Origin: an uncultured Chloroflexia bacterium
GTDB lineage: Bacteria; Chloroflexota; Limnocylindria; Limnocylindrales; CSP1-4
NCBI GenBank assembly: GCA_963833225.1
Contig: CAWHXD010000012.1
Location: 1 to 12,762, forward strand
Reading direction: 5' to 3'
DNA: 12,762 nucleotides
Each line of letters begins with the position of its first letter. Position 1 is the stretch's first letter. Shown here piece after piece: positions 1 to 5,782 of the stretch. The translations under genes and the position numbers were made by a program. The notes beneath the pieces were generated by a model. The model had not been told where the DNA came from. It worked only from the letters and a program-made list of their open reading frames with translations, and ran no database searches.

Positions 1-89
1 ACAGGATCGTCGCTGCGCTCGCTGGCCGTGAGCCGCACCGGATCATCCACGCCGGCGGTGGGAAGCTGGTCAACATCGTCGTCCGGTAG
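1..89 (+). CDS. leuS: Leucine--tRNA ligase, C-terminal end (partial, runs in from the left edge)
   Basis: The frame from nt 3 reads RIVAALAGREPHRIIHAGGGKLVNIVVR* (TAG 87-89). ...GKLVNIVV* is the typical LeuRS C-terminus, and leuS commonly precedes comEA-comEC-holA. Confidence 0.85.
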   Translation, partial: RIVAALAGREPHRIIHAGGGKLVNIVVR

Positions 90-99
90 GCGCGAGCAT

Positions 100-120
100 C
101 CGGCCCTTGAGTGGGGCCGG
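100..120 (+). terminator. GC-rich hairpin after leuS, possible terminator (no U-tract)
   Basis: CCGGCCC-ttgagtg-GGGCCGG, a perfect 7-bp stem 10 nt after the stop codon. Confidence 0.4.
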
Positions 121-127
121 CGTCCCA

Positions 128-142
128 TAGACTTGGCGCATG
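128..142 (+). promoter_or_regulatory. Putative -10 box for a leaderless transcript
   Basis: TAGACT (128-133, TAnnnT) lies 6 nt before ATG 140, with no Shine-Dalgarno sequence. Confidence 0.5.
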
Positions 143-283
143 ACAGACATCAAGATCGGCGCGCTCTGCTGGAACCAGTACTCCGAATGGCCGTCGCTGC
201 TCGAGGCCGGCATCCGTTCTGACCGGCTGGGCTACGACACGCTCTGGACGTGGGACCAGCTCCAGTCCAGCTCGGCACGGTAG
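140..283 (+). pseudogene. Truncated 5' stub of the LLM-class oxidoreductase (47 aa)
   Basis: MTDIKIGALCWNQYSEWPSLLEAGIRSDRLGYDTLWTWDQLQSSSAR*. By hand alignment, 30 of the first 41 residues match the N-terminus of 617..1555. Not in the ORF track. Confidence 0.85.
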
Positions 284-405
284 TCGGCGACCGAACGGGA
301 CGTGGAAGCACCGCTGGCACGTGCTGGGACCATCGACCCTTGACGGACCAGAAACTCACGCGGACGCTTCGTTGGAAGCTCTACGCAGCGCATAGGAGTC
401 GGTTC

Positions 406-588
406 ATGGTCAAGGTCGCTCGCCGACTCGGGATAGCCCTCGGCTCGTTCGTTATCGCCTGGCTCGCGGTCTCGCTTGTGGCCGGATGGCTCTTCGGCTC
501 CGGTAACATCCTCGTCTGGGTGTTCGCCGCTGTCGTCGGTGCCGGCGTCTACCTCGGCATCCTGCGGCGAGACCGGCGCGTCGCCTAG
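406..588 (+). CDS. Small membrane protein (60 aa, two predicted TM helices)
   Basis: AGGAG RBS at 394-398 and ATG 406. MVKVARRLGIALGSFVIAWLAVSLVAGWLFGSGNILVWVFAAVVGAGVYLGILRRDRRVA has two hydrophobic runs and basic ends. Confidence 0.7.
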   Translation: MVKVARRLGIALGSFVIAWLAVSLVAGWLFGSGNILVWVFAAVVGAGVYLGILRRDRRVA

Positions 589-616
589 CACCGTCTGGTC
601 GCAGTGGAGGAGAACC

Positions 617-1555
617 GTGCCCGAAGTCAAGATCGGCGCTCTGTGCTGGAACCAGTACACCGACTGGCCGAGTCTCCTCCAAGCGGGTATTCGGGCTGAC
701 GAACTTGGATACACAAGTCTGTGGACTTGGGATCACCTGTACCCAATCGTCGGCGACTCGCACGGGCCGAACTACGAGGGCTGGCTCACGATCACGGCCT
801 GGGCACAGGCGACGAAGCAGATCCGCGTCGGCCTGATGGTCGGCGCGAACACGTTCCGGGAGCCGACGCTCACGGCGAAGCTTGCGACCACGCTCGACCA
901 CATCTCCGGTGGCCGTGCCATCCTCGGCATCGGGGGCGCCTGGTTCGAGGAGGAGCACGAGGCGTTCGGTCTCGACTTCGGATCCGGGTTCCCGGAGCGT
1001 CTGCGATGGCTGGGCGAGGCGCTGCCAGTCATGCGCGGGATGCTCGACGGCACCGAGCCGTCGGCGACAGGCCCCCACTATCGCGCGAAGGCCACCCGCA
1101 ACCTGCCGGGGCCGGTGCAGCGGCACCTCCCGATCTGCATCGGCGGCGGCGGGGAGAAGGTCACGCTCAAGCTCGTCGCGAAGTACGCGGACATGAACAA
1201 CGTCGGTGGCGGCATCGCCGAGGTCCGACATAAGGAGCAGGTGCTGCTCCAACACTGCGAGACCGTTGGACGCGATCCGGCCGAGATCGAGCGCTCCACG
1301 GGTGTGGGCACGGTGTTCATCCGCGACGACCGCGCCGAGGCCGAGCGGCTGTTCCACGCGGCGTTCGACCGCAACCGCGTGGCCAGGCACTGGGAGGATC
1401 AGCCCGTTGGCACGCCCGAGGACGTGGCCGAGAAGCTCGCCCCATACCTCGAGATCGGCTATCGCCACCTCATCGCGGGTGTCCCGGCGAGCTACGACGA
1501 GGAGACGATGACCCGGTTCGCGACGGAGGTCCGGCCGCTGCTCGAGAAGGGCTAG
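617..1555 (+). CDS. LLM-class (luciferase-like) flavin/F420-dependent oxidoreductase, 312 aa
   Basis: GGAGG RBS at 606-610 and GTG 617. Motifs include GYTSLWTWDHLYP, FREPTLTAKLATTLDHISGGRAILGIGGAW, PICIGGGGEKVTLKLVAKYAD and GTPEDVAEKL. Confidence 0.93.
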   Translation: MPEVKIGALCWNQYTDWPSLLQAGIRADELGYTSLWTWDHLYPIVGDSHGPNYEGWLTITAWAQATKQIRVGLMVGANTFREPTLTAKLATTLDHISGGRAILGIGGAWFEEEHEAFGLDFGSGFPERLRWLGEALPVMRGMLDGTEPSATGPHYRAKATRNLPGPVQRHLPICIGGGGEKVTLKLVAKYADMNNVGGGIAEVRHKEQVLLQHCETVGRDPAEIERSTGVGTVFIRDDRAEAERLFHAAFDRNRVARHWEDQPVGTPEDVAEKLAPYLEIGYRHLIAGVPASYDEETMTRFATEVRPLLEKG

Positions 1556-2701
1556 TGCCCCGAATTCATAATGCTCGGGAGGTAATCGCTTCCGAGCAGA
1601 GGAGGTGGCGATGGGGCGCCGGGCCGAACTCTTCGTCCGCGAGCTGAGCGACGGGGAGGCCGACCACCTCCTCAAGCTCGCGAGGCGCAGCCGCAATCCG
1701 ATCGTGCAGCACCGCGCGATGCTGCTGTTCGCGTCGTACCAGGGCTTGTCGGTGACCGCGATCGCGGAGCTCCACCGGGCGAGCGCGACCCACGTGGCGG
1801 AGCTGATCCACGCCTTCAACGCCGAGGGGTTCACGGCCCTGGACCCTCGGCCGGGCGGGGGCCGTCCGCGCCGGATCGATCTCACCCAGCGCGCGGAGAT
1901 CGTGAAGGTGGCCCTCGCCCGCCCGGTCGACCGGGGTGAGCCGTTCACCAGCTGGAGCCTGACCAAGCTGCGCGCCCACCTGCTGCGGCGCCGGGTCGTC
2001 CCGGCCATCAGCCGCAGCCAGCTGTGGCGGATCCTGCACGAACAGGGGATCCGCTTCACCCACCACAAGACGTGGAAGACCTCGCCCGACCCCGAGTTCG
2101 AGGCCAAGAAGAACCGGGTCCTCGACCTGTACGCGAACCCGCCGGCCGGCTGCCGCGTGCTGTGTCTCGACGAGTTCGGTCCCCTGAACCTGCAGCCCAG
2201 ACTCGGGCACGGCTGGCATCACTCGAGGCGCCCGGGCCGGTTCCGCGCGACCTACAAGCGGACCGCCGGGGTGCGCCACCTGCTGGCCGCCTACGACCCC
2301 GCGACGGGCAGGCTCAGCGGGCACATCCGGGCCACCAAGACCTGGCGCGAGGTGCGTGAGCTCCTGCGCACGCTCCGGGCCCGCTACCGTGGGCACCTGC
2401 TCGTGATCTGCGACAACTTCAGCCCGCACAAGAAGCCGGAGCTGCGCGCCTGGGCGGCAGCCTACGACATCGAACTCGTCTACCTGCCGACCTACTCGTC
2501 CTGGCTCAACCTCATCGAGTGCCAGTTCCAGGCGCTCCGGCGGTTCGCCCTCAACGGGACGGACTACGCCAGCCACGCTGAGCAGGACCGGGCCATCCAC
2601 GCCTACCTCCGCTGGCACAACCGCAACGCACGCCCCGCCAAACCCTGGCGCTTCAACGCCGAGGTCCACCATTCGACCCCGAGCGTTGCGGCATGAGGCA
2701 C
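1555..2701 (+). mobile_element. IS630-family insertion sequence (about 1147 bp) with TA target duplication
   Basis: Left end TA|GTGCC (TA 1553-1554) and right end GGCAC|TA (TA 2702-2703). Imperfect IRs: GTGCC..AATGCTCGGG versus GTGCC..AACGCTCGGG (reverse complement of the right end). Encloses an IS630 transposase. Confidence 0.92.
1611..2696 (+). CDS. IS630-family DDE transposase, single intact ORF
   Basis: GAGGAGG RBS before ATG 1611. N-terminal HTH region (GGGRPRRI, WSLTKL) and catalytic motifs CLDEFG / ICDNFSPH / LPTYSSWLNLIECQF. Confidence 0.95.
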   Translation: MGRRAELFVRELSDGEADHLLKLARRSRNPIVQHRAMLLFASYQGLSVTAIAELHRASATHVAELIHAFNAEGFTALDPRPGGGRPRRIDLTQRAEIVKVALARPVDRGEPFTSWSLTKLRAHLLRRRVVPAISRSQLWRILHEQGIRFTHHKTWKTSPDPEFEAKKNRVLDLYANPPAGCRVLCLDEFGPLNLQPRLGHGWHHSRRPGRFRATYKRTAGVRHLLAAYDPATGRLSGHIRATKTWREVRELLRTLRARYRGHLLVICDNFSPHKKPELRAWAAAYDIELVYLPTYSSWLNLIECQFQALRRFALNGTDYASHAEQDRAIHAYLRWHNRNARPAKPWRFNAEVHHSTPSVAA

Positions 2702-3386
2702 TAGCCAGCGGCCGGCTCGCCATCGGGGCTGGCACTCTGGTGGCGCGACCGGTATCGACGGACCTTGGCCCGGTTGCCGCATGAGGTCATGTCGCACCAG
2801 CGGCGTCGACCGCCGCGCGACGTGTCCTCGAACACCCACCGGCAGCCATCGTTGGCGCAGATCCGGAAGCGGTCTGTCGCATGCGCCGCGATCGCCCCGA
2901 CCAGCGGCTGGATCACGCCGGCGATCGCCTCGCCGGTGGGATCGTCCTCGGAATGGCGATGCCCAACGCCACAGCAGGTGTCGCTTCGGATCAGCTCGAT
3001 CCGTGGAGCCTGCCGGAGCGCGGCGTTGACGATGTCGAGCGCCCCCTGATCGGGGAAGCGCTGCTCCACCTCCGCGTCCCAGACCTCGCGGAGGGCGCCG
3101 CGAAATCCCGATGGATTCGGTCCAGCCATCCCTGCTCACCCTCGCGAGCCACCTGCGCGCGCAGCGACGGCTCATGGGCGAGGCCACGCAGCGTGAAGTA
3201 CGCCACGGCATCGTCGGCCGTGCGCAGGTGCTCCTCGGGAACCCCATCGGTGAGCTCCTGGCTGTTGATGAGATCGAGGCATGCGTCGATCCCGACCGCG
3301 TGGACGTGGCCGGAGCCGGTGGGCGGCTCGTCGACGATCGAGATCGGTGTGATTGTGCGGGTGGTCGAGTTGTGTGGAGTGCTCAT
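2701..3386 (-). CDS. CGNR zinc-finger / ABATE-domain putative transcriptional regulator, split by one frameshift near 3110
   Basis: The N-half (from ATG 3386) has ACLDLINS..EEHLRTADDAVAYF. The C-half, in another frame, has FRGALREVW..RFRICANDGCRWVFEDTSRGGRRRWCDMTSCGNRAKVRRYRSR. The frame changes at cat-cg-gga-ttt-cgc, so this is either a sequencing error or a pseudogene. Confidence 0.88.
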
Positions 3387-3415
3387 GTCGGGTGATTCAT
3401 GTCGTCCTTGGACGC

Positions 3416-3445
3416 GTAACCACTGTACCCCTATTGACAGGTTAC
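3416..3445. promoter_or_regulatory. Palindromic operator candidate 1, GTAAC-N20-GTTAC
   Basis: GTAACC (3416-3421) ... GGTTAC (3440-3445). Confidence 0.7.
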
Positions 3446-3451
3446 ACGCAA
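3422..3451 (-). promoter_or_regulatory. Leftward sigma70-type promoter for the CGNR gene
   Basis: On -, TTGCGT (3451-3446), 18 nt, TACAGT (3427-3422). Confidence 0.55.
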
Positions 3452-3462
3452 GGCGGTACAGT
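3434..3462 (+). promoter_or_regulatory. Rightward sigma70-type promoter
   Basis: TTGACA (3434-3439), 17 nt, TACAGT (3457-3462). Near-consensus and within an AT-enriched patch. Confidence 0.8.
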
Positions 3463-3464
3463 TC

Positions 3465-3494
3465 GTAACTGATAAAGACAAGTTGTCCGGTTAC
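3465..3494. promoter_or_regulatory. Palindromic operator candidate 2, GTAAC-N20-GTTAC
   Basis: cGTAAC (3465-3469) ... GTTACg (3490-3494), with the same spacing as site 1. Confidence 0.7.
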
Positions 3495-3522
3495 GCAAGA
3501 GAGCCAACGGAGACCACCCGCC

Positions 3523-3624
3523 ACGGACGTAGTCATCGCATACGCAGTGTCCATGCTCGTGCTGCTCGGACTCGTGGCGGCAATCGCCGGGTACGAGAGC
3601 CGCGACGGCTTCGGATCTCGCTGA
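3523..3624 (+). CDS. Putative single-TM microprotein (33 aa from ACG 3523, or 23 aa from ATG 3553)
   Basis: GGAG at 3509-3512, then (T/M)DVVIAYAVSMLVLLGLVAAIAGYESRDGFGSR*. It is the first ORF after the strong promoter. Not in the ORF track. Confidence 0.55.
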   Translation, partial: TDVVIAYAVSMLVLLGLVAAIAGYESRDGFGSR

Positions 3625-3645
3625 CCCGAACCGCAGATCGGGTCA
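3622..3645 (+). other. Intercistronic hairpin
   Basis: TGACCCGA-accgcaga-TCGGGTCA, a perfect 8-bp stem that begins at the microprotein stop codon and ends just before the next RBS. Confidence 0.6.
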
Positions 3646-3663
3646 CCTGGAGGAGAAGAGGAG

Positions 3664-3912
3664 ATGTGGATGTACCACGCGATGGTCGCGATCGATCTCG
3701 CCAACGAACGCGTCCGCGAAGCAGAGCGGGCTGCTCTGCAGTGGCGTCTCGCGCACGACGACTGGGGCGAGGTCCGGGACATGCCGAGGGCACGATCCGT
3801 TCGGGTTCGTGCCGGGCTGGCCCTCCCGGTGCGCTCCGCAAGCCAGCTGATGCACGCGATCTCGGAGGCCGCCTGCACGCTGGCGACCCGTATCGAGGGC
3901 CGGCCGGCCTGA
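3664..3912 (+). CDS. Hypothetical small helical protein (82 aa)
   Basis: Strong purine-rich RBS GGAGGAGAAGAGGAG directly before ATG, GC3-rich codons, and a charged helix DLANERVREAERAALQWRL. Confidence 0.75.
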   Translation: MWMYHAMVAIDLANERVREAERAALQWRLAHDDWGEVRDMPRARSVRVRAGLALPVRSASQLMHAISEAACTLATRIEGRPA

Positions 3913-3943
3913 GGCCGTGAACCCTCCGGGTCGAGGGGCAACG

Positions 3944-4270
3944 ATGAAGCATGTGGCTGCGCTGTCACCGGCACCCGGTCGGATCGACCTCGTCCTGGCG
4001 TCCCCGCCCGCTGCAACGGCATGGGCGCCCGACCAGCTCGAGGTGTTCGCCGTCTTCGATGACGGCGAGCTATGGGACCGTTTCGGGGACGGCGAGACGT
4101 GGCACCCGTGGGAATCGCTTGGCGGCAGCCTTGCGCTGGGTGCCTCGCCCGCCGCCTTTTCCTCGGGTCCTGACCGGCTCGACGTGTTCGCCACCGGCAT
4201 CGACGGCCCAACCTGGAACCGCTGGTGGAACGGCACTCGGTGGGTCGAGTGGGAGCGACTTCACACCTGA
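3944..4270 (+). CDS. Small beta-propeller repeat protein (PLL/fucose-lectin-like, DUF346-like blades), possibly internally deleted
   Basis: GAGGGG RBS and ATG 3944. Two repeats: PAATAWAPDQLEVFAVFDDGELWDRFGDGETWHPWESLGG and PAAFSSGPDRLDVFATGIDGPTWNRWWNGTRWVEWERL. Confidence 0.72.
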   Translation: MKHVAALSPAPGRIDLVLASPPAATAWAPDQLEVFAVFDDGELWDRFGDGETWHPWESLGGSLALGASPAAFSSGPDRLDVFATGIDGPTWNRWWNGTRWVEWERLHT

Positions 4271-4433
4271 CGCGACCGCCCGGCCGTGCTCGCGACCCAG
4301 GAGCAAGCGCGACGTAAGCAGCGGACGCTGGGGGCTCTGGCGTCGCATGCGGGACCCACCCGCACCAAGTCTGGCCCGGTCGGCCGTGCGCCCGACGCAA
4401 ATAGCGCTTGTCAGCGGGGCAACTTCGGAAGAT

Positions 4434-4509
4434 CCCGCCCGGTGAGGGCCGGGCAGGCGCGCCCGGGACGCGGGAGCGCCCCGCCCGGAAACGGATGGGC
4501 CGGGCGGGG
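4434..4509. repeat. Pair of related GC-rich palindromes
   Basis: CCCGCCCGG-tgaggg-CCGGGCAGG (4434-4457) and CCCCGCCCGG-aaacggatggg-CCGGGCGGGG (4479-4509, perfect 10-bp stem). Confidence 0.55.
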
Positions 4510-4620
4510 TGTCGATGGCTCAGGATGATCGTCTCGGCGGTCGGCGCACAGGGTCAACAGGGGCAAGCCGGCCGGGGGCAAAGGCCCGTCTCGGCCTCCG
4601 AACGCCCCGTCTCGGACTGG

Positions 4621-4816
4621 CCGGGCGGGTTAGCCAGCCGTCGCGGAACTCGATGAGGTGGCGAGCGGCCTCCCCTACCCTGGCGCGCTGGTCGGGCGCG
4701 GCATCAGGAGACGGGAGGGTCTCGAGGCAGATCGTGGGCGTGTACCGAAAGCCGGACTCGACCTCGCGAAGCCTCGTACCCATCGCGCGTGCCCAGACCT
4801 CGTGGACGCGTGAATG
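4621..4816 (-). pseudogene. Remnant of an MmeI-like (type IIL) restriction-modification / DNA methyltransferase, C-terminal target-recognition region
   Basis: HSRVHEVWARAMGTRLREVESGFRYTPTICLETLPSP..VGEAARHLIEFRDGWL resembles the family pattern HSR.HE.W....GT.L....RYTPTT.FETFPFP...AAR.L...R..WLNPP. NPP follows WL in a shifted frame. Recognised from memory of the family. Confidence 0.7.
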
Positions 4817-4999
4817 CTGAGGCATACGGCCGCCACGATGTTGCTGATCGCCGGCGCCTCCCCGGTTCAGGTGGCAGCGCTGCTCGGGCACTCGTCGATC
4901 ACGCTCACCCTGGGGACGCACGGCCACGTGATCGCGGAGCTTGCGCAGGGCACCGCCGACCCGATGGATCGGGGCCTGGGGAGGGCCTCCAGTACATAG
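4814..4999 (+). pseudogene. C-terminal remnant of a phage-type tyrosine recombinase/integrase
   Basis: LRHTAATMLLIAGASPVQVAALLGHSSITLTLGTHGHV matches box II (LRH..LGH..T..Y.H). The catalytic Tyr position is His (CAC 4919-4921), and everything upstream of LRH is missing. Confidence 0.85.
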
Positions 5000-5115
5000 G
5001 GGGTCAGGATCCGCCGCGCGATTGGCGCCCCAGACGTCAATAGCGGATGTCTGCGGGGCGGACCCCGGTCGCCGTCGCTTGGCTGGCCGATGTCCCCGGC
5101 AGCCGGGATCGCTCT

Positions 5116-5505
5116 CTAGGCCCCAGATCGAGGCGGCTGCAGGGCCGCGACCTCCTCCGGCATCGGGTCGGAGTAGTAGCGGTATCGGACGAGCTTGCCG
5201 TCGTGCCAGCGATGCGCGATGACGCCCTCGACGGCAGCGGAGCGCCCGCCGAGGCTGCCTTCGACCGTGATCTCGGCGAGGATCGCGTCACTGGACTCCA
5301 TGAGGTCCCGGACGACGACGCGGGAGCGTTCGAGGACCGCCCAGCCGCGCTCGTACTGGGCCATCACCTCGACCGCCGTTCGCAGCGTCCCGCCGCCAGG
5401 CCGGACATACTCGAGCGTCGTCGACAACAGCTCGCGCATCGCCGTGCGATCGCGCCGGTTGTACGCGTCGACGTACTGAGCGGTCAGCTCCCGCGCACTC
5501 GCCAT
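5116..5505 (-). CDS. SnoaL-like / NTF2-family protein (129 aa)
   Basis: AGGAGG RBS and ATG 5505. Pattern QYVDAYNRRD..MRELLS and C-terminal HRWHDGKLVRYRYYSD. Confidence 0.85.
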   Translation of the reverse strand: MASARELTAQYVDAYNRRDRTAMRELLSTTLEYVRPGGGTLRTAVEVMAQYERGWAVLERSRVVVRDLMESSDAILAEITVEGSLGGRSAAVEGVIAHRWHDGKLVRYRYYSDPMPEEVAALQPPRSGA

Positions 5506-5782
5506 GTGGCCTCCTCCTGAGCCGCGACGGTGCCGAATTGTGGCCCACATCGCTGCGACCTCCCCGGGCCCAGCATATCGGCACCCGTCCGGTCATCGCT
5601 GCGGAGGGGCGCTGACCGGGGCGAGTCCTGCGTGCGATTGGCCGATGGCGCCGGAGCATAAGCGCCCGGTAAGTAGCGAGCGCTAAGGTCCAGATCGGAC
5701 ATCCGCCTCGCCGGAAGTGCCCCCGACGAGGCGGATGTTCCATGCCACCGCCCGCCGGCCCGCCCCGGAGTCGACCGAGACC

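Noticed and set aside
452-2735. Long - strand ORFs 452..2107 (551 aa) and 1566..2735 (389 aa)
   Set aside because: They are antisense shadows of the LLM gene and transposase. The first crosses the IS boundary, and neither has a recognisable domain. Such ORFs are expected at high GC.
2991-4400. 469-aa - strand ORF as a single gene
   Set aside because: Only the part from ATG 3386 is protein-like (ABATE N-half). The upstream part crosses the promoter region and is antisense to the small-gene operon.
4814-5115. Active integrase with an adjacent tRNA/att site
   Set aside because: Only 61 codons remain and the catalytic Tyr is absent. I could not see a tRNA-like sequence or a convincing att direct repeat nearby.
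5510-5782. Competence or SOS regulator box upstream of comEA
   Set aside because: Only short, weak palindromes (e.g. GTCC-agatc-GGAC) are present, and these are not distinguishable from chance.
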